Sequence record: MK047718.1
Source: Escherichia phage p000y
Length of the DNA stretch: 64,000 nt
Direction: 5' to 3' (one strand)
Shown: in pieces, positions 49,483 through 63,858 of the stretch
How positions within the stretch are numbered: the stretch's first letter is position 1
How the letters are laid out: each line of letters opens with the position of its first letter
Program-made: the position numbers and the translations under genes
The notes under the pieces: generated by a model
Database searches by the model: none
Seen by the model: only the letters and a program-made list of their open reading frames with translations
Told to the model about the DNA's origin: nothing

Positions 49483-50295
49483 TTAGAAACGAGATGCGAC
49501 TTTCGCATATAAACTTACATTAGAATTCTGTTCTACCTGAGTTGTGGTAGTGTCAACTGCTTCGGCAACAAAATTAAGACCGGCAGCGTCATTGTCAACT
49601 GTATTTATACTTTCGGTAATAGCGGCTTCTTCTTTAGTAGAACCTTTAACCATTTCTACAATAGCAGTTAACTTAGTACCAAATGCGTCAGAATAATCCA
49701 TACCTTCAACCAGGCCAATAACTTTTTCTTTCTGAGATTCAGTCAGGTCTTTTACGCTTTCATTAATAGCGGTTTCACGCTGAACGTAATTGATATATGC
49801 ATCACGTTTGGTAACTTCTTCGAACAAACGAGCGGTTTCTTCTTTATGTTCGGCCAGCTCTTCTTCCATTTCTGCTACAACATCTACAGATTCTTCTGGA
49901 ACAACAACGTTATGTTCAACAAACAGTTCTTTCAGACCACCAAGCATGGATTCGAACAAATCAGCTTTAATGCCTTTATCAACTGCGATTTGGTTTTCTG
50001 CGAGCCATTCTTTTGCAAGATGGTCTAGGAATTTAGAAGCTTGTTCAGCCAATTTTTTATCAGCTTTCTCTTCAGCATCTTCTTTAGCCTTTTCAACTTC
50101 TTCTTCGGCCTTTTCGGCGATGGCTTTGATATGAGATTCAGCCAGTTTGACTGCTTCCTGCTTAACGGTGGCTTCGAATACAGTGCTGAAATTAGCTTTA
50201 ACGTCCGGAGACAGTTCTACTGATTCGAAAACACTATTAAGAGCAACTGAAGTCTCGATGTTCTGAGCTTCTTTCAAAAGTTGTTCTTTGATCAT
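49483..50295 (-). CDS. 22: Prohead core scaffold protein gp22
   Basis: 270 aa, acidic coiled-coil; T4 gp22 269 aa. Confidence 0.92.
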   Translation of the reverse strand: MIKEQLLKEAQNIETSVALNSVFESVELSPDVKANFSTVFEATVKQEAVKLAESHIKAIAEKAEEEVEKAKEDAEEKADKKLAEQASKFLDHLAKEWLAENQIAVDKGIKADLFESMLGGLKELFVEHNVVVPEESVDVVAEMEEELAEHKEETARLFEEVTKRDAYINYVQRETAINESVKDLTESQKEKVIGLVEGMDYSDAFGTKLTAIVEMVKGSTKEEAAITESINTVDNDAAGLNFVAEAVDTTTTQVEQNSNVSLYAKVASRF

Positions 50296-50325
50296 TTTAG
50301 TGTCCTGTGGTTTAGATTACATTAT

Positions 50326-50333
50326 TATTTATA
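50326..50333 (-). promoter_or_regulatory. Late promoter (TATAAATA) for gene 22
   Basis: tatttata ~30 nt upstream of gene 22 ATG, inside gene 21 3' end. Confidence 0.6.
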
Positions 50334-50970
50334 ATGCTTTTAAACTCTCTGCGAGAGCTTTAAATGCTTCATCAGCACTGTTTTTGGTGGTTTCCACCGA
50401 ATTTTCTGATTCTGATATTTGTTTAGGAGTAACCCAAGCATCTGGAGCAGAAGGTCCCCATACGGCATCTACGCCGACGGTTAATTTAAATCCTTCGTTC
50501 ACGATACGGTACCCTTTATTGGTGTCGGTTAAAGAACCAAGACCACGAGAGGAAACACCTGGAATCCAACCAGCTCGTATATTAGCAGCTAATTTATCAC
50601 CGGGACCATGGTCGCCTTCAATAATTCTAGCACGTCCATATACATCGTTTCCTTTCCACCACATATCTTCAATAATGATAGCGGCTTGCATAGGGTCAAC
50701 ATTTGCACGAGGTGGATGGTTTAATTCTCCAAGGGCTTGTTTGGTTGCGACTTGTTCTTTAATATAGTCACTTACTGCTTTTTCCAAAACGCGTTTAGGA
50801 TATAAACGTTTATTTCGGTTAACAACCTCTGCCTGAAGAAAAATACCTTCTATATAAAGCCCTGGTTTTAAGCCAGAATCTTTTCCATCATGAGATTCCA
50901 ACATTGGAACGCCATCAATAATCTCACCGGGTTGACCCCAAGTTTCAATAAGTAACTCGGGTTTATTCAT
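50329..50970 (-). CDS. 21: Prohead core protease gp21
   Basis: 213 aa (T4 gp21 212 aa); synteny. Confidence 0.92.
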   Translation of the reverse strand: MNKPELLIETWGQPGEIIDGVPMLESHDGKDSGLKPGLYIEGIFLQAEVVNRNKRLYPKRVLEKAVSDYIKEQVATKQALGELNHPPRANVDPMQAAIIIEDMWWKGNDVYGRARIIEGDHGPGDKLAANIRAGWIPGVSSRGLGSLTDTNKGYRIVNEGFKLTVGVDAVWGPSAPDAWVTPKQISESENSVETTKNSADEAFKALAESLKAL

Positions 50971-51395
50971 TAGCTTAATCCTAATGCTTTACGACGTTTA
51001 AGAGCCTTTTTACGCTTACGCAAGCCTTTAACTTGGCCTGAAGGGTTAGCTTTTTTAGCTTTAACGACCTTACGAGCGATTTGTCTACGTTTTGCTTTAG
51101 AAAGACCAGTGGTTTGGAACGCGTTACGTTCACGAGTTTTACGGTCTTTAGTGCGGGTGACTTCACCACGAGAAGAAACATGTTTAACGATAAACTCATT
51201 TAACTGTTCTTCATTAATAATGGAAGCCATTGCAACAGCTAAATCCGTTTCAGTTTCAAGCATGTTCTCGATAATAGTATTTATATCGTCAATATCGAGA
51301 GCAGAAGACAATGCATCGATTCGGCCCTGTGCTTCAGGAATAAGTGCTTCGACATTTTCGAGTACCAATTCATAAGATTCAGGGATAAGATACAT
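50970..51395 (-). CDS. 68: Prohead core protein gp68
   Basis: 141 aa as in T4 gp68. Confidence 0.85.
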   Translation of the reverse strand: MYLIPESYELVLENVEALIPEAQGRIDALSSALDIDDINTIIENMLETETDLAVAMASIINEEQLNEFIVKHVSSRGEVTRTKDRKTRERNAFQTTGLSKAKRRQIARKVVKAKKANPSGQVKGLRKRKKALKRRKALGLS

Positions 51396-51631
51396 TATTC
51401 GTCGTCCTCATCATCTTCGTCTTCGTCGTCATCGCCTTCATCAGCGTCGTCTTCCGAAGCTTTAGCTTTCTTTTCTTCTTCAGGTTCTTCGCCTTCAATC
51501 AAAAATTGAGAAGCGATTTCTGCTTTGCGTGCTTCAATCAAACGAACCGCTTTTTCTGCCATTGCACTTTCAAAAAACTTTCGAGTAGCAACGAGGTCGT
51601 TTGATTTAATAGCTTGAATTAAATCGTCCAT
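51395..51631 (-). CDS. 67: Prohead core protein gp67
   Basis: 78 aa with poly-acidic C-terminus (T4 gp67 ~80 aa). Confidence 0.85.
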   Translation of the reverse strand: MDDLIQAIKSNDLVATRKFFESAMAEKAVRLIEARKAEIASQFLIEGEEPEEEKKAKASEDDADEGDDDEDEDDEDDE

Positions 51632-53202
51632 TAAAAATCCTCTTGTTCTTGGTCGGGGTCTTGGAAACGAGCCTCTTTCGACTCTTCTTCAATTTGCTTA
51701 GCCTCTTGTTCAATTTCCTCGTCAGACATCTGAAGAATATCTTTCATAGCTGTTCTGTGAGAAATATATTTACCAATAAATGGTTCGGCCATCTGAAGCA
51801 TATTAATGCGACGCTCCAGAATCTCAGCATCCTTTAATTCCGAGAAATAACTATCCCGATGAAATTTTATCTTAATATTATTTATTTCATCATTCCACTC
51901 ATCTTCTGTAATAATTCCTTTAAGAATTAAATTAGTTTTAAGCGGGTCTAGGAATATCTCTTCAAATTTATGTTGCAGCTCACGAATAAATTTACCAAAT
52001 GACAATTCATCTCGTGTAATAGAAGTACCAGCATCAAACTGTATACCACCTTGGTCACTTGGAATACGGGTAATAGGAATACGTAAAGCCATATAAAGCG
52101 CATTACGGAACCAACGTACATCTTCCATGTTTCCAGTATTATCTGCACCTGGTAATGTGTCAACTTCTGTTACTGCTTTACCGTCACGTCGTTGTAACCA
52201 ATAATCTTCGGTCATCGACATAATATGCTGCTGGTTTTTAATCTTGCCTGTAGTAGCATCATATGCAATACGGTTTTTCATCGTATTCATAACATGCTGC
52301 ATATGTTCTGCTGCTTTTCTTGAAGGCATATTACCTGTATCAACGTACCATACACGACGATCTGGAGCACGAGTAATACGATAAATTACAACGGCATCTT
52401 CAAGAAGTTTTAATTGGTTCGCTGGCTTAATAGCCCGATGCAAATAACCGATGATATTTTTACCACAACAATCAACTAAACCAGAATGGGCATAAACAAT
52501 CGCGGCTTTAGGGATTTTTATTTTTGTGCCAGCTTCATATATGCGGCCATCACAAGCATAAGATTCGTGTGATGTGTCATAAATGAAATATTCTTTATAA
52601 CCCTTGACTATTTTAACACCGGCTTCAGTGGTTGTAATAACTTCACGGACATATTGAACTTGACGTGGGTCTAAACGACGAAGCTCTTTAATACCTTCTT
52701 TAGGGCGTTTAGGGTCAATAATTTTATGGAAGAAAATTCGAGAATCTACATACCAACGTCTAAAATGGTCTGAACCTTTACGTTGGAAAGATAAATGATT
52801 CAACACTTCGTTAAATTCATCCAACATCATTGATTTTATATTTGGACTAAATTTTGTGTTGTCTAAATTTATAGAAACGACTTCTGTATCATCTTCATAT
52901 ACGATAGCATCAGAAACTATTTCAGAGACTGCATTATCCACTTCATAGTTCGTCATCAAATTTCGATACGTATCAATTAATTCACGGGTTGATTTGAGCC
53001 CTGGTTCTTGACTACCGAACATTCTCTGAAACATAGCATTATATGTTTGCTGTGCTTCATTTTCAGATACTTCGTATTCTTTAGCGCCGTCGTCTAATTT
53101 TGGTGTGGTGATAGATTCTAAATTTTCTTTTTCTTGGTCTTTGTAATCACGTTCGTCCATTTTTGCCCATGGAGCAAACAAACTTAAGATATTAAATTTC
53201 AT
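51631..53202 (-). CDS. 20: Portal vertex protein gp20
   Basis: 523 aa (T4 gp20 524 aa); synteny. Confidence 0.95.
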   Translation of the reverse strand: MKFNILSLFAPWAKMDERDYKDQEKENLESITTPKLDDGAKEYEVSENEAQQTYNAMFQRMFGSQEPGLKSTRELIDTYRNLMTNYEVDNAVSEIVSDAIVYEDDTEVVSINLDNTKFSPNIKSMMLDEFNEVLNHLSFQRKGSDHFRRWYVDSRIFFHKIIDPKRPKEGIKELRRLDPRQVQYVREVITTTEAGVKIVKGYKEYFIYDTSHESYACDGRIYEAGTKIKIPKAAIVYAHSGLVDCCGKNIIGYLHRAIKPANQLKLLEDAVVIYRITRAPDRRVWYVDTGNMPSRKAAEHMQHVMNTMKNRIAYDATTGKIKNQQHIMSMTEDYWLQRRDGKAVTEVDTLPGADNTGNMEDVRWFRNALYMALRIPITRIPSDQGGIQFDAGTSITRDELSFGKFIRELQHKFEEIFLDPLKTNLILKGIITEDEWNDEINNIKIKFHRDSYFSELKDAEILERRINMLQMAEPFIGKYISHRTAMKDILQMSDEEIEQEAKQIEEESKEARFQDPDQEQEDF

Positions 53203-53230
53203 TGTATTCTCCGAATGGGAATTATAGTTA

Positions 53231-53238
53231 TATTTATA
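53231..53238 (-). promoter_or_regulatory. Late promoter (TATAAATA) for gene 20
   Basis: tatttata in cassette atagttatatttatatgg; preceded on minus strand by hairpin 53265-53280 (UGGGGA-GAAA-UCCCCA). Confidence 0.65.
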
Positions 53239-53286
53239 TGGACTTCTCCGTCATCACGGGAAGCTGGGGATTTCTCCCCAACCAGA

Positions 53287-53778
53287 TTATTCCCACCAAT
53301 CAAGAGCAAGAGTTACTTCGAACGTTTCAATCTCGTTATTCGAATCCCAATCAAGAGATACTTCACCGACGTTAGTAGGCCACAAGCCAACAATTTCAAC
53401 TTCTTTAGTGACCGTTTTAGCATCACGAGCAAATTGACGAACGATAGCGGTCTTTTTATATTCAGCAGGTTTACCACCGGTAATTTCATTACCTTGTCCA
53501 GCCGCAATACCTTGCCAATCAACAAATTTCTGACGAATGCTATGAGCATCATCGTTCATTACTGTAATAGTCCAATCATCGAATGTACGATCACCGGCCA
53601 CGTTAATTTTACGGTTCATATAAGAAACAGGAACCTTTTCAACGATCGCAGCAGGAAGAGCCGTAGCACGACACTGGAAGCTAAAGTTTTGCCCAAGATA
53701 AGAGATTTCTACTTCGAACAGGTTAGGGCGAGCGAAATCACCTGATTCGAAGGCACGAGTTACGTCATCTACAAACAT
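53287..53778 (-). CDS. 19: Tail tube protein gp19
   Basis: 163 aa as in T4 gp19. Confidence 0.95.
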   Translation of the reverse strand: MFVDDVTRAFESGDFARPNLFEVEISYLGQNFSFQCRATALPAAIVEKVPVSYMNRKINVAGDRTFDDWTITVMNDDAHSIRQKFVDWQGIAAGQGNEITGGKPAEYKKTAIVRQFARDAKTVTKEVEIVGLWPTNVGEVSLDWDSNNEIETFEVTLALDWWE

Positions 53779-53851
53779 ATTAGCCTCTGTAGTAATATGG
53801 GCTTAGGATTAACCAGATGCCCATAGAATTAATTTTTAAACGATATAGTTA

Positions 53852-53859
53852 TATTTATA
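53852..53859 (-). promoter_or_regulatory. Late promoter (TATAAATA) for gene 19
   Basis: Same cassette atagttatatttatatgg as at 53231; preceded by hairpin 53861-53878. Confidence 0.65.
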
Positions 53860-53891
53860 TGGGCTACCGAAATAGCCCATCAGGCGTCTTA

Positions 53892-55874
53892 TTAACCACC
53901 TACAGCACCAATTAGTTCGTCGAAATCGGCACCCGTTGCTGTTGCTACAAAGTTCAACGTAATATAATTTATCGATCTCGCAGGTTGTAAGTAGAAAGTA
54001 GCTACAAATTCATTACGGTCGATAACTGCTGGGGTGTTATTGGTAGTATCACAAACAACTTTAAAGTTATATACACCACCAAGAGCTTTAATACCCTGTA
54101 GATATTGAGAAGTCTCTGTACGGAAAGAAGAACGGGTAAATGCGTTGTTCAATTCAAACAGGCGATATTTAGATGCTGAACCAATGTTCGTTTTAACCAT
54201 ATTGAACAAACGACGAACGTTAATACGGTCAAATGGTGAAGGAACGGAAGTAGCAGTTTTATCACCATACAGAACATACCCATCACCACCGGTACCAGTA
54301 ACAGGGTTAATAGCTTCTTGATACAAACGATCACGCTGTGGTTGGCGAGTTTCAATTGCAAGCTTAATAACGTTAAGAATTTGTCCACGGTTATAACCGG
54401 CAGGAGACATCCAAGGCTGAGAAATATTGTCTGTGCGAGCACAAAGACCAGCAATATCAGCAGCTAATGGAACCCAACGATTCACATCATTGTATTTGTC
54501 GTATTGATATTTATAGTTACCGTCAATAGCCGCGTAAGTAGAACTTACATTAAAGTTATTATCAGTGTAAGTTCCTGACGCAGTACGCCAATCAACAAGA
54601 TTATCAACTGCACGATTAACAGGAATACCGACTATAGTTGCACGTGGAGGTGAGCAAAGAACCAAGCAATCTTGGCGAGAATCACCAATTGCTACAACAT
54701 GTTTCTGAACTGTAGAAGCAACTTCTAAAGATTCACCTGCACAAGAACCGGCAATAAACAACTGCGCATTAACAGATTCGCGGTCAGCAAACAAATCCCA
54801 AGCTTCCATTAAATCACCAGCGTCAACCGTTTCATTGGACGATAAGCCACCACCCAGTTTGATTACGCCAGAGAAACCTTTTGGCCAACCTTGTGCAGTA
54901 GCGAAAATATAATTGCTTGCGCCTTTAGCAAAGAAATCATCAATAAAGATATTACTACCATAAATATCGCGTTCACCGCGTTTAGTAGAAAGAATTACGC
55001 TCTGAACTACTGCATCGTTACGACGAACGATAATTGCATATTGGTCATCAGTTTGTGGGCCATACCCAAAGATTGCTTTAGCCGTAGATGCACGAGTACC
55101 ACCATCAGGATAAATTTTTAACTGGGCTGAAGCACCTTTGTCATAGTCTGCTTTAGATACGATTTCAATTTCGAGCTGGTCGCCAAGTTCACCAGGATAA
55201 AGAGCAACTACGCCTGGTACACCATATTTTTTAATAGATTCTTGGAAAGTTAGAGAAGTAATAGCTTCTTCAGAAGTTTCAACTTCAGTTAACAGAATAC
55301 CAGAATCGGTTACGATAGAACCAATTGTAATAACGCCAGAGAGCCCAGAAGAAGAACTGGCTACTTCGGCGGTCCAGTTAGAACCCAATGCAGGATATTC
55401 ATTAATTTCTTTTGCACGAGCAATAATTTTACCAGTTGGGATATAAACGTTAAGAATTTTACCATCGACATCAACTGAAGTGACATAACCATCTGCTTCA
55501 ACAGTTTCGGTCAAATACTTAACGATAATTTTATCACCAACAGCATAGTTACTACCAGCAGCGGAGATTGTGAATTCAATATTGCCTGCTACAGGAGATG
55601 AGTTCTTAGCAGTATCACGATCAACTGCGCGTACAACACGAAGGTCATTACCATATTGAAGGAAGTTCATAGCAGACATGAAATAATCTGCTGTATCTGT
55701 ATTAGGAGTACCAAACATATCAACCAATGCAACTTCATCAGTGATTTGTTTAATCTGGAATGCAGGTCCCCATTGGAATTTTCCAGCCAGGGCAGCAGTA
55801 CCAGTGGAGTTATTAACTACAGTACTCTGTACGGTAGTTTCTTTGAGCTCAACGCCCGGAGAGAGAAGTGACAT
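53892..55874 (-). CDS. 18: Tail sheath protein gp18
   Basis: 660 aa (T4 gp18 659 aa). Confidence 0.95.
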   Translation of the reverse strand: MSLLSPGVELKETTVQSTVVNNSTGTAALAGKFQWGPAFQIKQITDEVALVDMFGTPNTDTADYFMSAMNFLQYGNDLRVVRAVDRDTAKNSSPVAGNIEFTISAAGSNYAVGDKIIVKYLTETVEADGYVTSVDVDGKILNVYIPTGKIIARAKEINEYPALGSNWTAEVASSSSGLSGVITIGSIVTDSGILLTEVETSEEAITSLTFQESIKKYGVPGVVALYPGELGDQLEIEIVSKADYDKGASAQLKIYPDGGTRASTAKAIFGYGPQTDDQYAIIVRRNDAVVQSVILSTKRGERDIYGSNIFIDDFFAKGASNYIFATAQGWPKGFSGVIKLGGGLSSNETVDAGDLMEAWDLFADRESVNAQLFIAGSCAGESLEVASTVQKHVVAIGDSRQDCLVLCSPPRATIVGIPVNRAVDNLVDWRTASGTYTDNNFNVSSTYAAIDGNYKYQYDKYNDVNRWVPLAADIAGLCARTDNISQPWMSPAGYNRGQILNVIKLAIETRQPQRDRLYQEAINPVTGTGGDGYVLYGDKTATSVPSPFDRINVRRLFNMVKTNIGSASKYRLFELNNAFTRSSFRTETSQYLQGIKALGGVYNFKVVCDTTNNTPAVIDRNEFVATFYLQPARSINYITLNFVATATGADFDELIGAVGG

Positions 55875-55901
55875 TTTAATTCCTCTTAATTTGCTTTATT
55901 T

Positions 55902-58218
<2,317 letters not shown>

Positions 58219-58227
58219 ATTTACCTC

Positions 58228-59052
58228 TTATTGTTTTCTAGGACCAGGAGGGGTTGGTGGAGTCGGGATTGGAATATCATGAGTATAAGTTTGTTCAACT
58301 TCGCCATTCCAATCTTGTGCTTCAACGTCTCTCGGTTTAATTTCTGTATCAACTGATTCAAAAACACTGGCGGCTGTTTGAAGGTCTCGTTCATTAGCAT
58401 GAAAATCAAGATAAGTCGTTTTAATAAGGCCTTCAGCTGCGCCTACCGGAGGATACATCCATCCATTTACTTCAAATGTTAATGACCACTCTAAACGTCG
58501 ACGAGATAAATTATCGCCGTCTATTTGTTCATCCATTGCTGCTGCCATCCATACGACTTTAATATCCCTTTCAAATGGAATATCCTGCCCATATTGCTCA
58601 ATCATAGTCGTATTAAAATGCGGCTGAAAATATGGAATAATTTGCTCAACGATTTGGAACATATCATCTTCATAACGAGTAAAGATGCTCAGTTCAAAAA
58701 TCATTTTAATTGGTGATGGGTTGTATTGGTCTACAATATCCTTAGTCGATTTACTCAAAAGAGAGTTATTCAATATATTCGTTTTAAACGTTGGGTTATA
58801 AACGAAATCCACCATTTGGAGATTTATACGTGGTAGAATAGTTTCGACTTTAGCCACATCTTCTTGTGAGTTTATAGAGGTCCATTTATTAAGTTTCATC
58901 ATAAAGTGCTCTTTAGATGCGTACGTAATAGGAACTCTAATTAATTTATTGCCTGTAGACAATTGACGGTTAACTTGGATATTTGAAAACAAATCGCCCA
59001 TCATTGTGATATATCGCCTGAACGACGAGTTGTAAAAATAACCAAACATCAT
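58228..59052 (-). CDS. 15: Tail sheath stabiliser / tail terminator gp15
   Basis: 274 aa (T4 gp15 272 aa); tandem ATG codons at start. Confidence 0.9.
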   Translation of the reverse strand: MMFGYFYNSSFRRYITMMGDLFSNIQVNRQLSTGNKLIRVPITYASKEHFMMKLNKWTSINSQEDVAKVETILPRINLQMVDFVYNPTFKTNILNNSLLSKSTKDIVDQYNPSPIKMIFELSIFTRYEDDMFQIVEQIIPYFQPHFNTTMIEQYGQDIPFERDIKVVWMAAAMDEQIDGDNLSRRRLEWSLTFEVNGWMYPPVGAAEGLIKTTYLDFHANERDLQTAASVFESVDTEIKPRDVEAQDWNGEVEQTYTHDIPIPTPPTPPGPRKQ

Positions 59053-59101
59053 TTCTCCTAACCGGCCTTTCGACCGGTGTTTGCTTTATCTTATCTATTT
59101 A

Positions 59102-59866
59102 TTAATTCATAAACCCATCATCAAATGGTGAATTTTGTCTACCACGGTTGTTAACTACTACATACGGCTCAACGTATTCACTTGCCTCTGAATTGATTTG
59201 CTCAACTTCAGAATATTCATCGATATTAATGTCATGGATACCGTCAAGATTTCTAACAGGGTTAAGTTCCAAGTCACTAAATTCAGGTATATTGATACCT
59301 TCATTTTTCTGAAGCACCGGATTGATTTCTTCGCCAGAGTAAATAAACTTGCCTGCAGTAATTTTACGAATCGCATTTTTACCTACTTGATAGAATGGGT
59401 CATATGGTTCAACCCAGTTAATCTCAAACAAACTGTTGTCCATTGGGAAGTATATTAAATCACCTTCCTTGGGCTCCTGATTGTTGACCTGGTGTTTGAA
59501 AAGACCTGGGTTAATAGATAATGTAACTTCGTCTTGAACTTGCATTCCGAAGTTGCTGAAGAACGATTTCGCTCCTTCATAACCTTCAAAAGAGTTCAGA
59601 TATGCAGCAAATTTCCATGCTTTAGTAAATTTATTTTTAAGGTCCTCACCAAAGATAAGGTCCACGGCAACATATTCACGTGGAACATAAAAACATTCAA
59701 TACCGCGCATCTGTATGCTTTCTGCCACTAGAACATCGGCTAATGTCTGACTATTCTCATAATTATTAAAATTGACAAATGGATTGAGGATTTCGGTCTC
59801 ATTTGTCTGAGAATACCCACCACGATTTTCTAGTTTGGCGAAAAGATTTTTATCATAAGTTGCCAT
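59102..59866 (-). CDS. 14: Neck protein gp14
   Basis: 254 aa (T4 gp14 256 aa). Confidence 0.9.
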   Translation of the reverse strand: MATYDKNLFAKLENRGGYSQTNETEILNPFVNFNNYENSQTLADVLVAESIQMRGIECFYVPREYVAVDLIFGEDLKNKFTKAWKFAAYLNSFEGYEGAKSFFSNFGMQVQDEVTLSINPGLFKHQVNNQEPKEGDLIYFPMDNSLFEINWVEPYDPFYQVGKNAIRKITAGKFIYSGEEINPVLQKNEGINIPEFSDLELNPVRNLDGIHDINIDEYSEVEQINSEASEYVEPYVVVNNRGRQNSPFDDGFMN

Positions 59867-59867
59867 A

Positions 59868-60794
59868 TTAACCTACCAAAATACCTGCAGGAGGGTCCAG
59901 TAAATATAACTCTTCTCGTAAAGCTTCTTTCTCTAAACGAGCTTCTTCAATTAATCGAACACCATCAACAGTGACGCCACCCGGTAACATCATACCTTGA
60001 TGTTTAGCAAGAATTTGTCCATTAAGCTCTTTAGCTAATGCAGTTGCATAATCTTTAACCCAGCGGTTGTTATATGCGCCTTGTTTAGTTGCAGGATCTT
60101 CACCAACTCGTCGTCCGACCAAATTATGGTCCGGATTATCATAACGTTCAGAAATAGACCATGAATCACGAGGACCTACCTGACCGTACCCTACTGTATT
60201 TCCTACCATCTTATGGGTCTCGATATAAGAGCGAACGTACGATTCAACGATAATGACATCTTTCTGTCTAAAGTTACCCATTACTTTTAATTGCTCGTTT
60301 GCAGAGTTAAACCAAAAATCCGGAATAGGAGCAATCATATCTTGAAGCATACCCATATAAGATACTAATTGAGAATAATACCCGAGGTCAGCGCCAAAAG
60401 CGTTCGGTCCGTAGAATTTACCACAATTACTACCCATACCACCTGAAACACCTGCCATTCCTAAAAGGAAATCAGTGAACCATGGATAAGTTGCATTACC
60501 ATCCATTGAAGTAATAGAGCCAACATTTGTTCTTATAATTCTTGTTACAGCAAATACATTAGAACCACGCATATCAAATACGCCGTGACGGTATTTTTCT
60601 TCGTCATCAACAAAAAATACATGGAACCCTTTATTCAACCCGTCAAAATGGTATTCGCCATAAAGTTCTAACGCTCGTGAAATACAATCATAAATTTGGT
60701 CTGTAGTTAATTCAACATTTACAATAGGAGCGCCTAAACGACGTAATATCACGTCCTTTAATTCTTTAGGGTTTTGTGCATTATAACCTGACAT
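59868..60794 (-). CDS. 13: Neck protein gp13
   Basis: 308 aa (T4 gp13 309 aa). Confidence 0.9.
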   Translation of the reverse strand: MSGYNAQNPKELKDVILRRLGAPIVNVELTTDQIYDCISRALELYGEYHFDGLNKGFHVFFVDDEEKYRHGVFDMRGSNVFAVTRIIRTNVGSITSMDGNATYPWFTDFLLGMAGVSGGMGSNCGKFYGPNAFGADLGYYSQLVSYMGMLQDMIAPIPDFWFNSANEQLKVMGNFRQKDVIIVESYVRSYIETHKMVGNTVGYGQVGPRDSWSISERYDNPDHNLVGRRVGEDPATKQGAYNNRWVKDYATALAKELNGQILAKHQGMMLPGGVTVDGVRLIEEARLEKEALREELYLLDPPAGILVG

Positions 60795-60806
60795 ATAAAT
60801 CCTTTA

Positions 60807-60820
60807 GGGCCCGAAGGCCC
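60807..60820 (-). terminator. Intercistronic UUCG-loop hairpin between wac and gene 13
   Basis: GGGCC-CGAA-GGCCC perfect stem (UUCG on minus strand). Confidence 0.55.
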
Positions 60821-60826
60821 TTTTCA

Positions 60827-62275
60827 TTAAGCTGTAGGAAGTTCAACCCATGCACCATCTTTGCGAACATAGAATTTACCGTCTGAAGGAGCATCTTCAA
60901 TATATCCAGCGTCCTTAAGAGTTTGGATTTCAGCTTCTGCAGCGGCCAAATCAGTTTCAAGAGTAGCAATTCTAGAAGTTAAACCATTAATTGTCATATC
61001 ATGACTTTTAACTGTAGGCAATATACCGCGTTCTTCAACAGTCGAACCATTTGGGTTGGTGCCATTTATAAGAGTATTTAATGTGTTTACAGAACCCTTA
61101 ATTCCTGTGCTATTAGTCCCAACATCAGTTTGAATGTTCTGAATGTCATTACTCATCCCACTGATAGTTCCTTCAAGCTCTCGAGTACGATAAAGCAAAG
61201 AGCCGTCTGGTTCCGGTTTCCCACCTGAAGCGTCAACACCAACTACGTTATTTAACCATGACACATTAAAACGCAGTCCTGACGAAGAATCAGAGCCGAC
61301 AACAGTGTTCAATGCTCCGATAGCATCAGTATTGAGTTTAATACGTCCTTGGATTGTAGTAGGCAAATCATCAGCGCCAATGGCAGTTTCTACCGTAGTC
61401 AAACGAGGTTTAATACCACCTGATTGATTGAGCTCAAGATTAATGTCGTTTATTGCTGAACTATTCGCATTAGTTGTAGTAATAATAGAAGTCGTATTAG
61501 GATACCCAATAGACTGTTTAATGCCATCCAAGTCAGCATTTTGACGCGACAAAGTTAAATCAATACTGGAAAGACGACTAAACACCGGGGTAGTGAAAGA
61601 AGTACGAGGCCCCATTTCTTCGCGCAAGTGTTCGACTTCAATAGTTAAAGAGCCGACGTCAGAATCAGCAAATTTAGTTTCTAAATCAGTTAATCGAACA
61701 CCGTGGTCAACAATTACGGAGCTATTAGTCATAATACGGCGTTTCATACCAGTGCTATCATTTCCTGGAGTAGGAACCCCATTAATATCTTGACCAGTAT
61801 ATTGTCCTAATTCATTTTTAATCCAAAGCAGGTCGTTACGAACCGTTCTATAAACTGAATCTGTTTCCTGATTATAAACACCAATATCATCAGTATTCGC
61901 ATCAATATGTTCATTCAAATCATTCAATTCACTGGCATGGGTTTGAACTGTGACTTTAATGATATCGATATCTTGGGTGTTCTGGCCTATCTGTGCAAGA
62001 GCATCAACATCCCCAGAAACATCTAAAATACCTTGAATAACTTTGATATCTTCATTGGCCGTGTTCAATGAAGATGCTATAGTTTTAATATTAACATCTA
62101 ACGCTTCTACGTTACGTTGAACTTCAACAATAGGACGGTTCATTACACCTTCAGAACCGTATTTTGTGTCGGCACCTGTTATTTCTTCATCGTTTTTAAT
62201 CCATTCAATACGACTCTGACCCGCGTCTGGCGGGCCGTCAACATATGGTAAATCTACCAGAGTTATATCAGCCAT
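60827..62275 (-). CDS. wac: Fibritin (whisker antigen control)
   Basis: 482 aa coiled-coil protein (T4 Wac 487 aa); between 13 and 12. Confidence 0.9.
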   Translation of the reverse strand: MADITLVDLPYVDGPPDAGQSRIEWIKNDEEITGADTKYGSEGVMNRPIVEVQRNVEALDVNIKTIASSLNTANEDIKVIQGILDVSGDVDALAQIGQNTQDIDIIKVTVQTHASELNDLNEHIDANTDDIGVYNQETDSVYRTVRNDLLWIKNELGQYTGQDINGVPTPGNDSTGMKRRIMTNSSVIVDHGVRLTDLETKFADSDVGSLTIEVEHLREEMGPRTSFTTPVFSRLSSIDLTLSRQNADLDGIKQSIGYPNTTSIITTTNANSSAINDINLELNQSGGIKPRLTTVETAIGADDLPTTIQGRIKLNTDAIGALNTVVGSDSSSGLRFNVSWLNNVVGVDASGGKPEPDGSLLYRTRELEGTISGMSNDIQNIQTDVGTNSTGIKGSVNTLNTLINGTNPNGSTVEERGILPTVKSHDMTINGLTSRIATLETDLAAAEAEIQTLKDAGYIEDAPSDGKFYVRKDGAWVELPTA

Positions 62276-63858
62276 TATTTTACCTTAATAATATAGTTTA
62301 AAGAAATATTCCATGGACGAGTTTCATTTCCAATTAATTCAGGACGATTTAATGTATATTTGGAATTTCGTTGTGATGCCGGGTCAATTTCATATCCGTC
62401 ATTGGTGAAGTATGAACGGTTATCCCAGTCAAGTCCTTTACGTGTACCAACAAAATTTGATCTACGGGTATTACCGAATGCTCCAGAATCATCATGCTCA
62501 CCAAATCCGCCAGCGTGTTTATGATAAGACATCTGTTGTTTCTGTACTTCACCAACATATCCACCAGTACAACCTACACCTAATCTAGGCTTACCAAATT
62601 GGTCATTACCATTAACATTTGGATTTGTTAAGTGAGAGCCACGACCTGAGCCACGAACAAATAATCCACGCATATCAGGCAAGCCTGGGTTAGAAGAACT
62701 ACCACCATATCGTGTCCCAATTCTGGAAGCATATACCGGACATTCTGAAGCAGAAACGGTCCCACCGTGACAGAAGCGCCAGTCAGAACTCGGTAAACTA
62801 TCTGCAGCCCACATTGTAATAGCGCCAACTGGAAGAATTCGGTCTAATTCATTTTGAGTCACAATACGATTGCCTTGAATATAACCACCGGTCATATTGA
62901 CATTACCCGTTATATTAGCACCACCAGAACCAACCGTCAACGTATTATTAATGCGAAGCGTGCCATTAATAGTTTGTCCGCCTCGTTGGTGGATAACATC
63001 AGCGTTCCAAGCAAGGGCAGAAGAACCATCACCGCCTGATTGGTTACCCGCTTGTGTAGTTAAACGAACAACCCCGCGTAAAGAAGTTGTAGCACCACGT
63101 CCGTTTAATGTTGCGCCGGTCACTACAACTGAAGAGTTGTTACTATTTACTTCAGTCTGTGTCCCTAGTTTAACGACACCTTTATTAGTTTCTGATGCTA
63201 CTGAATTCATAAAGGTATAAGGTGAAATTGCATAGCCTTCACGCAGGGTGCCTTGTTGTGCTTGAGCAACTGTAGCCAAACGAACAACACCGGTAATAGA
63301 TTCGGTGGCGTCACTATTATTTGGAGCAATTTGCGAAATAAGTTTAATTGCTAATTGTTGCGTTTTTAACGGAGTCATTGCCGTCGTATCATCAGAACCG
63401 GCTAATGCCGCAGCAGAAGTTGAAATTTTAATTACACCATTTGTTGCTTCTGTTGACACTTTTGTCTGAAATACATCGTCTATTTTTTGATTCAATTTAA
63501 GCGGAGTAATTGATGCATCGTCAATAGTTCCTGTTACTGCTTCATCTTCGGTAGCATAACGAGTTAAGCCATATTGAGTTTCGGTTGCATTAGGATATTG
63601 TAGACGAGCATTCAGTGATGCCGGAGTAACAGCTTTACTATTATCTAATCCATCAATAACTTCTTGTGGAGTAGCTATTTGAATAATTCCTGGTGTAGTA
63701 GTTGTTGCTTCCGGTACACCATTAACACCTGAAGGAGAAATAGCAGCTAATGCGGCTTGGACATTAGTGACTGTATCTGGAAAATTCGACCCCGTAGGGT
63801 CGAATTCAACGTAAATAGATTCATTTGAAACGTGTTGGTATGTATTGTTATTACTCAT
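62275..63858 (-). CDS. 12: Short tail fiber gp12
   Basis: 527 aa as in T4 gp12; repeats of tail-fiber motif ([15 protein letters not shown] etc.). Confidence 0.93.
   Translation of the reverse strand: MSNNNTYQHVSNESIYVEFDPTGSNFPDTVTNVQAALAAISPSGVNGVPEATTTTPGIIQIATPQEVIDGLDNSKAVTPASLNARLQYPNATETQYGLTRYATEDEAVTGTIDDASITPLKLNQKIDDVFQTKVSTEATNGVIKISTSAAALAGSDDTTAMTPLKTQQLAIKLISQIAPNNSDATESITGVVRLATVAQAQQGTLREGYAISPYTFMNSVASETNKGVVKLGTQTEVNSNNSSVVVTGATLNGRGATTSLRGVVRLTTQAGNQSGGDGSSALAWNADVIHQRGGQTINGTLRINNTLTVGSGGANITGNVNMTGGYIQGNRIVTQNELDRILPVGAITMWAADSLPSSDWRFCHGGTVSASECPVYASRIGTRYGGSSSNPGLPDMRGLFVRGSGRGSHLTNPNVNGNDQFGKPRLGVGCTGGYVGEVQKQQMSYHKHAGGFGEHDDSGAFGNTRRSNFVGTRKGLDWDNRSYFTNDGYEIDPASQRNSKYTLNRPELIGNETRPWNISLNYIIKVK

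Noticed and set aside
49790-50134. 114-aa Ser/Ala-rich ORF antisense to gene 22
   Set aside because: Low-complexity product generated by the antisense of an acidic coiled-coil gene; spurious.
53215-53745. 176-aa plus-strand ORF antisense to gene 19
   Set aside because: Embedded antisense to the tail tube gene; no signals.
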